DNA of 64,000 nt from Octopus vulgaris (Eukaryota). The stretch covers positions 42,160,001 through 42,224,000 of the forward strand of contig OX597826.1 of the NCBI GenBank assembly GCA_951406725.2, read 5' to 3'. Positions 1 to 28,471 of this stretch are shown in pieces. The notes under the pieces were generated by a model. That model saw only the letters and a program-made list of their open reading frames with translations, did not search any database and was not told the origin of the DNA. A program made the translations under genes and the position numbers. Every line of letters begins with the position of its first letter. Positions within the stretch are counted from its first letter, which is position 1.

Positions 1-2870
1 CTATTCCTATCCATTTCCACATAGTCCAGATGCGTGTCCAAGGTAGCGTTCCAATCCCCTACTAACAGTAAAGGTCTAGACGTACCCAGGAAAACGTCTA
101 GACGTCTGAAGAAATCTACCCGACCCGTTAAAGACGGTGCATAAACTGCCATCAGACGGAATGCACACCCATTTCTGCCATCCACGTCCAAGACAACCAG
201 CTTACCCTCCGGGTCTAGGAATATTGTTCTTACTTTTACATTTAGACTCTTTCAAAAAAGCACCGCGGTACCCCCACCAACCATGTTCGGCAGACAGGGA
301 GAAAAATAAATGTCGAATTGACCGCCAAACATGGACGCGAGGGCCCGCGGCTTGCTGAGTCTGGTTTCACTGATAGCTACTATATCCACGTTCAGTGACT
401 TGATGTCGTTTAGAAGGTAACCTTGCTTTCAAGCCAACGCCAAGCCACGCACATTCACACAACCTAATTTAAGCATAATTGATGTTTAAGAAATTTGTGC
501 TTCTCACACTACATTGAAAGAGACAAGAGCGAAAGTCACCTACTCATTTCGAAAGTTTGAGTTTTTTCTTCTTCTTTTGAAATGTCTTTGAGGAGGTGTT
601 TGTAAAGTTTTTTAGACAAGTACTTTTGAACCCCCTTGACTGCATTTGGAAAGATGGTTTTGAGTGTGTGGTGCTGTGTTTGTGTTATGTGTTCAATTTT
701 TACGTGTGTCGGTGGTGTAGTGCGTGGATGATTATTTACTTCAAAGTCATCTTCACAGATGTTTGTGTTAGATGCAATGTATTCCATTAGTTTTTTTATT
801 GTCCGTGTCTATTGCTGTTAGACGTGTGCGTGGTTTTGTGGAGTCATTGATGGTTTGATTGTCTAAGGGGGGGGGGGCTGTCAGGAGTTAAATATCTCCC
901 TGCTTTACTTGCTTGTTTGGTGGTCTTTTTTGATCTTTTCCTTTTACCCCCTGTGGCTATTTGCCATTCCGTCGAACTTTCGTCGTTGGACGAAGAGTCT
1001 GACGAATCAGAAGGAGGTAAAGGCAAAGCATTTGCGTTAATATGTATGTTTGTAGAAAGTGTTGTTGTTTTGTGCGGTGTTTGTGTTGTTGTGGTGTTAG
1101 GAGTAGAATTTGTCTTCTCGTCACTGTTATCTGTTTTTTTAGTTGTCGTCCTTGGTGCTGGTATTGTCTGTCTTTTGATGTTGGTTGTGGTTTCGCTTCT
1201 TTATTTGGTTGCGACGTCAATGGTAATTGTGTTGGTGCTGTTTCTTTTCTTGGTGATGTTGTTGAAGTTTGTTTGCTAGTTTGTTGTTGTTGTTGGCGTT
1301 GTTCCATATTTCTATATAATTCTTGTATCAGTTGTGGGTTTGGTAGTGTTGGCATCAGAGGTTGTTTATTATTTGTTTTCTGATTTGTTTTTTCTTGTTT
1401 TTTCTGTCCCAGAACGCACTTTGCGATTAAGTGGTCTGGGCCGCCACAGATGTAACATCGTGGTTTATTATTCTCCGCTACCACATACATGCTTTGGCCA
1501 TTTTCCAAATATATAATGTTTGGTAAATTCTCGATAGAAGACCCATCGATTTGAAGGGTCACCTCTATCGATTTCCCGCTCCAATTATCATTTTTAACAA
1601 CGGCGATTTCTAAAATGTTAATTGATTTTAAATGATAACATATCGCCGATGTTATCCATTTGGGTGGGATTTCGGGCGGGACATTTTTTATTCTAATTTT
1701 ACTCACTCTTTGTCCCATGTAATATGGGACCATGACGAGTTCTTCATTTCGTAATGTCTCCGTAGTGTGAGCTTTTGCCTCTTCCTAATTATGGAAGCGG
1801 ACTACCACTGTATTAAACTGGGGACCCCAGTTTCTGTATTGTTTTATTTTCATAATATTCTTGGCACATTTTTCAATGTCTGCTTTTGTTACCTGTTCTG
1901 TTTTTTGGGGGGGGGAAATTTTTTTTTATAATTCTATATTAAATTGTTCTCTTCTCCACATCTTTCACATGCTGTGGTGTGTGTAGAATTAAATTTTGTC
2001 CTGAAGTTGTGAAGAGTGATCGTGTCTCCACCAACTCTTCATTTGTGAAATGTACAATTTATCCTTTTTGACGCAGGGTGTCAGCGAAATTCACAGTTCT
2101 CTTCTGGCAGTTGTTGTCGTTGTGTGTTTTTGTTGTTGTTGTATCAGAATTATTGTTGGTTGTTGTAGTGTTTGTAGCTTTTTCAGGGACTGTTACTTTT
2201 GTCTTGTTAATATTATCGTCACCATTAATAGGTGAGATAATCAAATCTTGCGAAACATCATGGACATTTATATTTACTTCATTTTTGTTGTTGTTGTTGT
2301 TGTTAACGGTTGTTGTGTCAGTGATAGTTTTGGTGTTGGTGGTGGTGGTGTTGATTACAGACTTATTCTTTGTAGCATCGTCTTTGTTGACTGTCTTTTC
2401 CAAAGCAGGAAAATCCTCCTTAGAAAAAATCGCAGAATACTGCTCTACGATAAAATTTCTCTACATTTTTTTATCGAGAAATAAAAATCAATTGATGAAA
2501 ATGCCCCTAGGGGCGAATTCTACATTTAAAAAACACCCAAACGAAAGTTGGGCGTTTGAAAAGTTGAAAACTCTGAAAATGTAAAATGTAAACAAATGGA
2601 TGCAACAGAGAGAGAGAGAGAGAACAGCGTCTATGCGTTATGAGGAACGCTTCGGTGACATTGTGTAAAAACAAGCTATAAAAGCTAATTTTTTTGTATA
2701 TAATCAAGGCTGAAATTGCCCCTAGGGGCAAAATCCCCTCCGGAAAACACACCCAGACGAAAGCTGGGTGTCTTACACACTCCGTGCGCGAAAATTTGAG
2801 ACGAAACTTTTGCAAAAACACAATAAAAAAGGCGATTGACTTACGAGTCGATCCAACAATGAACACTATC
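1..2870 (-). mobile_element. Tx1/L1-like non-LTR retrotransposon, 5' part (5'UTR, degenerate ORF1, start of ORF2), running off the window start
   Basis: ORF1 pieces (2403->~540) contain a CCHC knuckle CYICGGPDHLIAKC. ORF2 starts at ATG 476: MLKLGCVNVRGL..AISET..VYAP..LVGDWN (APE endonuclease motifs), with two in-frame TGA stops. Confidence 0.85.
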
Positions 2871-2939
2871 GATGGATCGAGACAGACAGACAGACAGACA
2901 GATAGATAAATGGAGATATACGCAGGTGTTATTCAAATT

Positions 2940-3850
2940 CTTTTACTTCCTACATATGTTTCGAAGACAAAAATAGCATTCTTCCAGAAAGAATAAAATG
3001 GTGTCAAACAATGCAATCTTCTCATCAGGGAAAGAAAGAAACCAAACACATCAATAAGACATTTTAACAGAATGTGATGATAGCGTATATGATGAAGGGA
3101 ACGATATCAAGTTCTTTTAAAAAACCGTTAGTAGATATAACGTTAAAGGTAGTTTATAGAAAGTGGAGGAGAAAGAAATTAGCAGAAAAATAATCAAACA
3201 GAGATATAGAGCAATAGATGAATTAGAATAAAGCTTAAAGGCATGGAAGTAAATATATTTAATGGAAGTGAAATGTAAGAAGACAGTCAAAGATCAAGTT
3301 TTATAGAGTTATATTTCTGTCAATGTTTGCAACGATAAACGCGTTCTATAAACGTGTTTTCAAGGGGATTCTTTGAGACCAGGATAAAAAATATTTCAGT
3401 ATTACAAAGCAAGCAAAAAGATTTACTTTTGTCATAAGGTAAACCAATAGAGAGAATGTTCCATTCCAAATTAAATTGTTTATTGTGATCTTTTAGATGC
3501 CAGATTAATTTACTAAGTCCAGCATTGTTACGTTTATTGATATGCCTAAATGTTGAGTAATGATTAGATATTCTTCTGGACAATTGAGATGAAGAACTAC
3601 CTATATGAAAAAAAAGACGTCAGACCCGGAAGTAATTTTACATTGATAATATAAGGCTTTCCTAACAAAAAAATCTTTCACAAATCATCTCTTCGCATAA
3701 TAATAAATTGTTAAATACAAATCCACTTAATGAAAATATTAGCATTAATTTTCTTAACACTAACCATTCTTTAAATAATAATAGCAGCGGGGTTATTGTT
3801 TCTGAAGTTGACTTCAATCGCATTCGTATTCTTCGCAGTAATTCTCTATT
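2940..3850 (-). mobile_element. Penelope-like element 3' remnant (GIY-YIG endonuclease tail plus pLTR)
   Basis: YIGSSSSQLSRRISNH...LSKLIWHLKD...WNIL...CLLCNTEIFFIL...RCKH* resembles the PLE GIY-YIG C-terminus; a hammerhead motif follows downstream. Confidence 0.75.
2946..3034 (-). ncRNA. Minimal type-I hammerhead ribozyme motif (PLE-type)
   Basis: ctttcc-CTGATGA-gaaga...tcttc-GAAA-CATATG-TA-ggaag: intact core, 5-bp stem II, palindromic stem III, stem I. Confidence 0.75.
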
Positions 3851-3891
3851 TATCAATGTAAAATTACTTCCAAGTCTGTAAAGAGTGGAAA

Positions 3892-4228
<337 letters not shown>

Positions 4229-4321
4229 TGTAATATCAGAATTATCAATTTTAGTAAGGAAATACTACATTTTCTTTTAACCCTCTTCTCTTTCTCTCTC
4301 TTTCTCTTCCTCTTCTCCTTT

Positions 4322-19638
<15,317 letters not shown>

Positions 19639-19802
19639 TTTCCCACCTTTTGAAATGTATTAACAAAATGTCGCAAATTTCTAATCCTCTTCTTTCGTTT
19701 TTCTCTATTTAAATTTATCTCTCCGTAAATGTTACACTTCTTTTGGCTGTTTAGCTACTAGATCTCCTTGAAACCTAGATGTAGCAAAAACTATTACTAG
19801 CT

Positions 19803-19845
<43 letters not shown>

Positions 19846-20522
19846 GGACAGACAGACAGACAGACAGGCAGAGACAGACACAGACAGACACAGACAGACA
19901 CAGAGAGAGAAAGGGTAGAATTATGAGAGTGGAGAAAGAAGGAACAGAAATGCGAGGAGGAGGTGTCGAAAGGAGAATTAACATGCTTTAGTGAAACATG
20001 TTTGTAAATCCAGGCGAAATAACATAATTAGAGAGAGAGGAGGAGGGGAGATAGGGGGAGGGGAGAATTACGAGAGTGGGAGTAAAAAAGGAGAGAATCG
20101 CAAATGGTGTCGAAAGGAGGAGAATCAACATGCTTTTGTGAAATGTAGATAAAGTCAGACGAAATAACATAATAAACATTCTTAGCCACAGAATTCAAAA
20201 AGAAAAATTGACCTAAATAGATTTTTTTTTTCTAGTTTCAGCTCAGAGCTGCGGCCATGCTGATGCACCGCCGTTAGTACAACTTATATCAAAAAGTAAC
20301 TTGTAATTATAAGCTGCTTATAATTTTTATATCACGTATAGTGAAAAATAGCGCAGTTGGGTTACAGGTTGTCTCACGAACTTGTCACTGGTTTACTACA
20401 CATCTTAGCTCAGTCATGACAAAAGAGTGTCTGTGACAGAATCTAGAGCAAATACGAAAAGGGACAATTTAGAAAAAGCAGTGTTCTTTTATTTATCTTG
20501 CCTATGTTTACAAGTTTTCATA

Positions 20523-20700
20523 ATCTATATATATAAAACTGAGAATGTGTGTGTGTGAGTGCAACACTAAAACTCGATAACTACCCAACTGATTTCATTC
20601 AAGTTTTACACATGCATTACTTAAGGTCTATAGAGTGCCATGGGCCCCAAAAATTTCAACTTCTTGCCTAATGCGAACCCGGTATTACGTGTCAAATGTG
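20523..20700 (+). mobile_element. Helitron-like non-autonomous element fragment
   Basis: Starts atctatatatataaaactg followed by (tg)n, a typical terminal signature. Confidence 0.45.
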
Positions 20701-21554
20701 AAACAATAACATCTCTATTGTAATGTGATATAATAGTCTCACTTTTATATGCTTTCAATTTCAATAGTTTCGAAATTTTATTTTGGTGTGGTTACTAATT
20801 GTAACGGGAGAAATTGATTAGTAAACATTATTATGATAATGTTGGAGTAATGCATGATGCAACGATAAATATTTGTTGTTATGACAGCATACAGTGGGAT
20901 GTGGAAGATGGACAATGGATGAAGTTTTAAGGAAACATTCATTTACCGTTATGTTACGATACCTTGCCTTGACGGGCAGGTTTTGATACATCCAAAAGCA
21001 TGCGAAGTAAAGTTTGAGTTTGGGTTCTCTTCATTGTTTAGTAGTAATTACAGAGAGAGATAGAATGATGTTGTAAGAGAACAGAATTGGAGCTAGTGAG
21101 AGTGTGGGACGTTGTCTTTCTTTTTCCCTCCGGCCGTTTTGTCTGCCTGTCTCTATGATTCTAGTGGTCGGTCCACTAACTGATGCTAGCTCTCTCTCAA
21201 CTCACGAGTTTGTCACCAAGGTGACTAAATGATTTTTGCTTGGGGTGTGCTTGCTTATATAAAGATCTAGAAGGATAGATATATCATTGAGAACAATAGA
21301 TTTAGTTGGTGGTCTTGTTATCTCTATTCTAGCTTTTGGTGAAGTAGAAGAGGTTAGAAAGGGTCAAGTGGTGAAGACATTATTTCGGCCTAGCTAAAGG
21401 CATTTGGAAAATGTAAAACTGCCGTCAGAGAAAATCCATTGTTCCATCGTGGGAAAAGTTCTGTTGCAGTGTTAATTTAAATTTGGGTATGGTGGATCGA
21501 ATCCACTTCATGCATCCAAGATTTACTACAGACGTATTGTTTGCTTACATTCTA

Positions 21555-21660
21555 TTTGAAAAATATTTCTCTAAGGGCTTTGTTAGTTGGGAAGAAGTTG
21601 GAATATAAAGCCTGAAAGAATAACATTTATGTGAAAGGAAAATAAAGAAATAAAGATAAT
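21555..21660 (-). pseudogene. Relic of DHDH exon 4 (5' part plus acceptor) from a decayed extra paralogue
   Basis: Minus strand reads attctttcag|GCT TTA TAT TCC AAC TTC TTC CCA ACT AAC AAA GCC CTT AGA GAA ATA (ALYSNFFPTNKALREI) then a stop; gene B reads attctttcag|[16 protein letters not shown]. Confidence 0.8.
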
Positions 21661-22039
21661 CGTAATATCATAATTTTTTTCAGTTTCAAATTCAACTAAG
21701 ACTATTATCACTAATACTGGGAACTTCTTATATTTTTTTTTACATTCTGCCATTGAGTTTCTCTTTCGTTATCTTGAGATACTTTGAAAAGAATTTCCTC
21801 TTTTATATAAGATATTTTGGAGGTTAATGTCTATCTGAGCTGTACAGCTGGAGTATTATTTTGGAGAAAAAACATGTGGATTTCAAGTTTGTGTGAAAAA
21901 GTGAGCACCAGAAGTAGAGTATATTTATTGTATGATCATTTGTTAGTCACTGATCTCAAAAACACTTTCAGATAACTAATCAATGTGATAAACAGGGATA
22001 GCTAATCTTTAAACCAGGTCCATTTTGTATGTGCATGCG

Positions 22040-22417
22040 CTACCAACCACATGGTTCCGGGTTCAGTCCCACTGCGTGGCATGTTGGGCAAGTGTCTTCT
22101 ACTATAGCCTCGGGACGACCAAAGCCTTGTGAGTGGATTTGGTAGACGGAAACTGAAAGAAGCCTGTCGTATATATGTATATATATATATGTGTGTGCTT
22201 GTGTGTCTGTGTTTGTCCCCCTAGCATTGCTTGACAACCGATGCTGGTGTGTTTACGTCGCCGTCACTTGGCGATTCAGCAAAAGAGACCGATAGAATAA
22301 GTACTGGGCTTACAAAGAATAAGTCATGGGGTCGATTTGCTCGACTAAAGGCGGTGCTCTAGCATGGCCACAGTCAAATAACTGAAACAAGTAAAAGAGT
22401 AAAAGGGTAAAAGAGTA
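22040..22417 (+). mobile_element. SINE family 1, 5'-truncated
   Basis: Same body and tail as 4927-5331. Confidence 0.85.
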
Positions 22418-23144
22418 TACGTAACAGCAAGATGTCTTATTGTTATAAATCGTTCATCTCAAATTTTGTGACATTTAAAATCCGAAAGTATTTGGAATAC
22501 CGACATGACATGCTACATAAGGAAAATTCCGCAAAGTGCTGCTGCGAAGGTTTCAAGCAATCTGTTGTGTGCCTTTATGACTCGTACCGTCACCTCTTCT
22601 GCATGACCTTCCCCAGATAAGGTGATCTGGCCGTTGACATCAGTTTGCTATCAACAGCCATCACAGTAGCACCTTTGCTCGTTACTCATTGTAATTATCA
22701 CCTGTTTTGAGCGCTGGTGGAAATGTCAAAAAAAAAAAAAAATGCTCATAGGTAAAAGGAAAATATAGACAAAGTAAAACAAAGAAAATGCTGGGAAAAG
22801 TAGTTGGCAGAGAGGGAGAGAGAGAAAAAGAATCAGACAGACAGACAGACTAAATAGCTGTCAGGTTTGTCAAATATGTTTATAAATCGGACGAAATAAT
22901 ACAATGTTCTCGCTCACTGAGTGCTAAACGTGACAAAACGATAAAAAAAAGAAATAAAAAATAAAAAGTAGCATAATCGAAATGAAACTGTTTCACTCAC
23001 ACACAACCTGTTACCAGTTCAAATATTTGAACCCGTCATGAAGAAAATTTCTCGTTGCAGACAAATATATGTAAATACGCCGATTCAGGAGCTCAGATAC
23101 AACAGTCTGGATAAGGCGGTTATGAGCTGATTCTGTATCTGGAT

Positions 23145-23525
23145 GGAAGCACTCCGTCGGTTACGACGACGAGGGTTCCGGTTAATCCGAATCAACGGAA
23201 CAGCCTGCTCGTGAAATTAACGTGTAAGTGGCTGAGCACTCCACAGACACGTGTACACTTAACGTAGTTCTCGGGGATATTCAACGTGACACAGAGAGTG
23301 ACAAGGCCGGCCCTTTGAAATACAGGTACAACAGAAACAGGAAGTAAGAGTGAGAGAAAGTTGTGGTGAAAGAGTACAGCAGGGATCACCACCATCCCCT
23401 GCCGGAGATCGTGGAGCTTTAGGTGTTTTCGCTCAATAAACACTCACAACGGCCGGTCTGGGAATCGAAACCGCGATCCTATGACTGCGAGTCCGCTGCC
23501 CTAACCACTGGGCCATTGCGCCTCC
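23145..23525 (-). mobile_element. SINE family 2
   Basis: Full-length; TSD gattctgtatct. Confidence 0.87.
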
Positions 23526-23678
23526 GATTCTGTATCTACACCAACTTGTCTATAGCTACGAATTTTTCTCAATAACAAAATACAGTGAATGGCTTTATTT
23601 CGAGTTCGAATATGCCTAGAGCGTATTTGAACTAGAAACAAGTTGATATTTATATGAATCGCTGCTTATCGCTGTCAT

Positions 23679-24846
23679 GGTTGCAAGAATAAAATTCGTT
23701 CGCTTTTCCAATGTTATTTGGATAAACACGAAACATATTTTTATTGAAGTTGTTTTTATGTTAGCTCCATTCTTCCACTACAGCTTTAAGTTAATCGTTT
23801 TTGAAATTTGAATAAATTTTACCTCTTTTCAGACGTGTAATGATGGAGTGCCAATTACAAACCTAAGTTTCAAACCTACCAAACTCGTTCGAGACATCTG
23901 TGCTGTGTATCGAGAACGTACTATTACTGAGAGAATTGCACAGAAATCGTTTATACGCATCATGGAAGAGGAATTCGATCTCAATCTTTCCCTGTTGTGG
24001 CCAAATTTTCAGTTCAAGGAACATCAATTGAACGAGCTCACCCACGAGGATCCGCGCCAGTCCGCTAGGAAATTGGCCAAACAGATCTTTGCTCATTACA
24101 TTCATTCGATGACTAAAGTCCAAAACTCGATGCATGTGTGCCACTTGTTCTAAACGAAAGATAAACTCCTGCGTGGACACAAACACTTGTGTAAGTGTGC
24201 CTCGCACCATCTCCAGTGATAAAAAAATATTACGTCAATATGAACTGTAAGAAAGAATAGTTGAGTCCCAAAAAGCGAGCAACACCTAAAGCCAAGCCAG
24301 AACAACATCCACAAAGACAATGATTTACTTTTGGTGGGATTAGGAAGGGCTAATCCACTATGAAATGCTTGAAAACAATCACACGGTCAGTGCAGTGTTT
24401 TACGTTCTACAAATGTACCAGTTCAACAAGATAGTCCAGCTGAAACGACCAGACCAGTGATACGACTGTGCTTCTTCAACACAAATCACACACCCACTCA
24501 TGCCGCTCATATGGTCAGAAATGTTATTCAGGAGTTCAGTTGGGAAGTTCTACCGTGCCCACTATATTCTCTTCATACAGCGCCTTATTACTTCTGTTTG
24601 GTCACCCTCCAACAGATTGCGAGGCGCTTCCTTCAACAAGAATTTGAAGCTGAAAAGGTTGCTCGATAAATTCTTAAACTGAAGACCTGGTGTTTCCTGA
24701 CGTCAAGGCATTCGTCAGTTAGTAGAACGTTGGTGAGAAGTCGATAACGATGAAGGGGAATATATTCTTGATCGAGGTGTTAAACTTGAAGATGAATTGC
24801 GAGAAATAAAATTAAAAGACGAACGAATTTATCTGACAACTCTATA
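23679..24846 (+). mobile_element. Degenerate mariner transposon
   Basis: Frameshifted transposase: EDPRQSARKLA, HPQKTMIYFWWD-like, WEVLPCPLYSLHTAPYY (cf. HPPYSPDLAPSDY). Degenerate TIRs aaattcgttcg (23692) / cgaacgaattt (24820). Confidence 0.75.
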
Positions 24847-24856
24847 AGAGAGAGAG

Positions 24857-24943
<87 letters not shown>

Positions 24944-25347
24944 TGGTAAAAACATTGCCAGGAAGAAGTGTCAAAAAAAAAAATTCCGCGATTCCTTTGC
25001 GCGTACAAAACAATTATAAGGAAACAAAATCCCTGGCGTAAATGTATTGGATTTCAAATTACAACTGTTCATGAAATTTAATTTTTCTTTGTGAATTGCT
25101 TTTTAAAAATTTACCCCTATGAAAAAGGTTTAGCTATTATTTCATAAAGTATGTTTTAAGCACAAGACGTCTTTCTCTCTGAATACCCATGTTATTAAAA
25201 GCCTTGGGTTGGCAACTAAGTTCCCGCTGTTTTTTTTAAATTTAAATTTTTTAAAAGGTTTAATAAAAAATAACAACTAATTAATCAATAATGTATTCAC
25301 TCTTGTTGTTTACAACTTCTTCCCAACGTTCAACAAGATTTTCAATA

Positions 25348-27830
25348 GGGGAAACCGGGGTTAGTTGACTACATTTTTTACATTTTCACTGACAGAGCAA
25401 TACTGTTTAATGTATTCTACTGCATCTTGTGTTGAGGCGCAATGGCCCAGTGGTTAGGGCAGCGGACTCGTAGTCGTAGGATCGCGGTTTCGATTCCCAG
25501 ACCGGGCGTTGTGAGTGTTTATTGAGCGAAAAACACCTAAAGCTCCACAAGGCTCCGGCAGGGGATGGTGGTGATCCCTGCTGTACTCTTTCACCACAAC
25601 TTTCTCTCACTCTTACTTTCTGTTTCTGTCGTAACTGTATTTCAAAGGGCCGGCTTTGTCACTCTCTGTGTCACGCTGAATATCCCCGAGAACTACGTTA
25701 AGGGTACACGTGTCTGTAGAGTGCTCAGCCAATTACACGTTAATTTCACGAGCAGGCTGTTCCGTTGATCGGATCAACCGGAACCCTCGTCGTCGTAACC
25801 GACGGAGTGCTTCAAAAACTGCATCTTGTATTACACGCATAAATCAACCATAGCAGAAGACTTACAAAGCTAGACATCTCATCTGCTTATTGTCTGAATT
25901 TATATTTTATGCATTTTCTAAGACCACTTAAATGTGTCAACTTGCCCTGATACCGGGGCAAGTTGACACATATAATGGCGTATGTTGACATATGAATGCA
26001 TTTTCTTGGAACATACATGTTAGTGGACAGAATCACATGAAATAAGCTTGTTGGTTTGATCAATGGCCTTTATTACGGTTTCATTACATATCATTATCAG
26101 AGTCACAATTTGAGCATGTGAGTATTGTCAGACCTGGTGTGCATGCCCCGTGAGCCCAACCTTTACAATCAGAGCATTGAAGCCACACTTCTCGTCTTTT
26201 GCTGTCGGAAAAAGGCTCGCAGCACACTAAACAATAGCACTCTTCCTCATCAGAGGTATCACTTTCTTGAATTTGAACTTTTTCTCTTAACAATTGGACC
26301 TTTTCCTTTCGTTGACCTGCCCTTACTGAGTTCCTTTCCTATCGTTCCTTTATCAATGTTTGTCTTCTTTTTACTTTTACTATGATTGCTCTTTTAACCG
26401 GCGAGTCAGTGAGGATTTCAGCACAACGTTTCTTTCTTCCTCTGGTTGATTCTTTCCTAGGGCCTGCTTTGGGTAGTGGACGGGTTTGAAATGGTGAAAG
26501 AAAAGACCAGGCGGATATGTTGCTTGAAGGCCCAGGTGTTGCAGGTGCTGAAGGCCCAGGTGCTGAAAGTGAAGGATCCGGTCGGTCAGTGACATAGCTT
26601 GGTGCAACGTTGCTGTCTGTGAAAACGTTGCGATTAACAGGGCATATTCCTGTAGAAGAAAATCCACTAAGAATGTTCGTCGAAGTTGCAGTCAATGGCA
26701 ATGCAGTTTTGACAATACACGGAATGTCATAAATGGTCATAGTCTGGCCAGGATGGTTGATATGCCAGTCATCAATGGCACTGTTTGTGTACTTCTTCAG
26801 TGGTCCATAGGCCGCTTTGTCCAATGGCTGTAACCTGTATGTGCAGTGAGGTGGGAAAGAAAGCATGGTGATGCCATTGTCTGAGGCATAAGTCAGCCCC
26901 TCAATACTAAGGTGGGAATCGTGATTGTCCAGTAAGAGAAGGCACGGTGACTGCTTTGAACAGTTCACATTCCTCACAAGGTGTTGAAGGAATTTCACAA
27001 ACTGCTCCTCACACATCCAAACAGATGGATTAGCACCTCCATCGCTGCCTGATGGTTCATTGTTCAGGAAATGTGGCCTAACGTTCTTCCGGGGAAAAAC
27101 AAAAAAACGGTGGTATGCTGTTTCCAGCGGCATTTACACAGCATGCCAATGTGACCCTTTCCGCTCTTGGCATTTTTCCCACTTGCTTTGTTCCTTTCCT
27201 GGAAATAATTCTATTGGGGCGCTGCACAGTTGTTATGCCAGTTTCATCCATGTTGTAGATATTGAATGGATCAAATTTATACCGAAGCATCACCTCAGCA
27301 AGTTGGTTGAAAAACATAGCAACATTTGTCTTGTTGAAACTTGTTGCTCGTGCCAAGCTTGTTGCCTGTGGACTTCTTATGGATAAATTTTTGTGTCGTT
27401 GAAGATATCCAGAGAACCAGTCTTCACTTGCCATTTCTGTCTCATGCCAGGTTGGAGGAATATCACATCCATGTGCCTTTGACAACTGAAAAGCCAATTT
27501 CCGCACATCCTTTGGAGCAAGCCCATAGTAAATTTCTGCGGCAGCCAAAACATAAGCCTCTGACTGATTTTCGAACTCGTCGGTGAGAACTTGCCGTGGC
27601 TTTTTGTATCCACTAAGACTGTGATCGTTGTTGTTTGCTTCAGCGGCCTTGGTGCAGTAGCGAGGCAGAGATTTTAAAGGGATGTCAAATGTCCTCGAAG
27701 CTTCCCGCAAGGAGATGACACGAGCTCGGACCTGTTGAATAGCTTGTTGGATTACATCTTGTGGAAGGGTTGCCCTCTCGCTTTTGCGTTTGTAGTGTCG
27801 CACCATGACAATTGTAGATCTAGGTCTGTA
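25348..27830 (-). mobile_element. pogo/Tigger-like DNA transposon, transposase pseudogene (HTH, DDE_1, C-terminal PHD-type finger)
   Basis: ATG 27806 MVRHYKRK..; YNMDETG, LLLLDNHDSH, LQPLDKAAYGPLK; C-terminal CLVC...WLQCSDCKGWAHGAC...CSNC. Frame breaks near 27100 and 26340. One end TA|GGGGAAACCGGGG at 25348; subterminal 16-bp inverted repeat 25932-25971. Confidence 0.88.
25434..25813 (+). mobile_element. SINE family 2, nested in the pogo-like transposon end
   Basis: Full-length; TSD actgcatcttgt. Confidence 0.87.
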
Positions 27831-28089
27831 AAGAGAGAGAGAGAGGGAGAAAAAGAAAAGCATTTTAGCTCATTGCATAATCCAACAGTGAAAGCAAAAC
27901 AAAGCTCTGAGTGTTTACCTACTTTTTAGTTTCAAGCATGCCTGGTCACGGCATAATTTCATGCTTATACATCAGTGGTACAGCTTACAAAGCTGAGGCA
28001 GTATACAAGCTGTTGACTAAGTAGGTAGCGGTATGAAGATAGAATAGGTTAGTATAGATAAAGATAGTTGATCTAAAACTATAGTCTTA

Positions 28090-28471
28090 GAAGCACTCCG
28101 TCGGTTACGACGACGAGGGTTCTGGTTGATCCGAATCAACGGAACAGCCTGCTCGTGAAATTAACGTGTAATTGGCTGAGCACTCCACAGACACGTGTAC
28201 CCTTAACGTAGTTCTCGGGGATGTTCAGCGTGACACAGAGAGTGACAAGGCCGGCCCTTTGAAATACAGGTACAACAGTAACAGGAAGTAAGAGTGAGAG
28301 AAAGTTGTGGTGAAAGAGTACAGCAGGGATCACCACCATCCCCTGCCGGAGCCTTGTGGAGCTTTAGGTGTTTTCGCTCAATAAACACTTACAACGCTCG
28401 GTCTGGGAATCGAAACTGCGATCCTATGACCGCGAGTCCGCCGCCCTAACCACTGGGCCATTGCGCCTCCA
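28090..28471 (-). mobile_element. SINE family 2, ~260 bp upstream of the gene B ATG
   Basis: Full-length; TSD ctaaaa(c/a)tatag. Confidence 0.87.

Noticed and set aside
917-2584. Hydrophobic membrane-protein-like plus-strand ORFs
   Set aside because: Antisense shadows of the T/N/K/Q-rich LINE ORF1.
22535-22565. Possible DHDH exon 1 relic (gaaggtttcaagca)
   Set aside because: Match too short to distinguish from chance.
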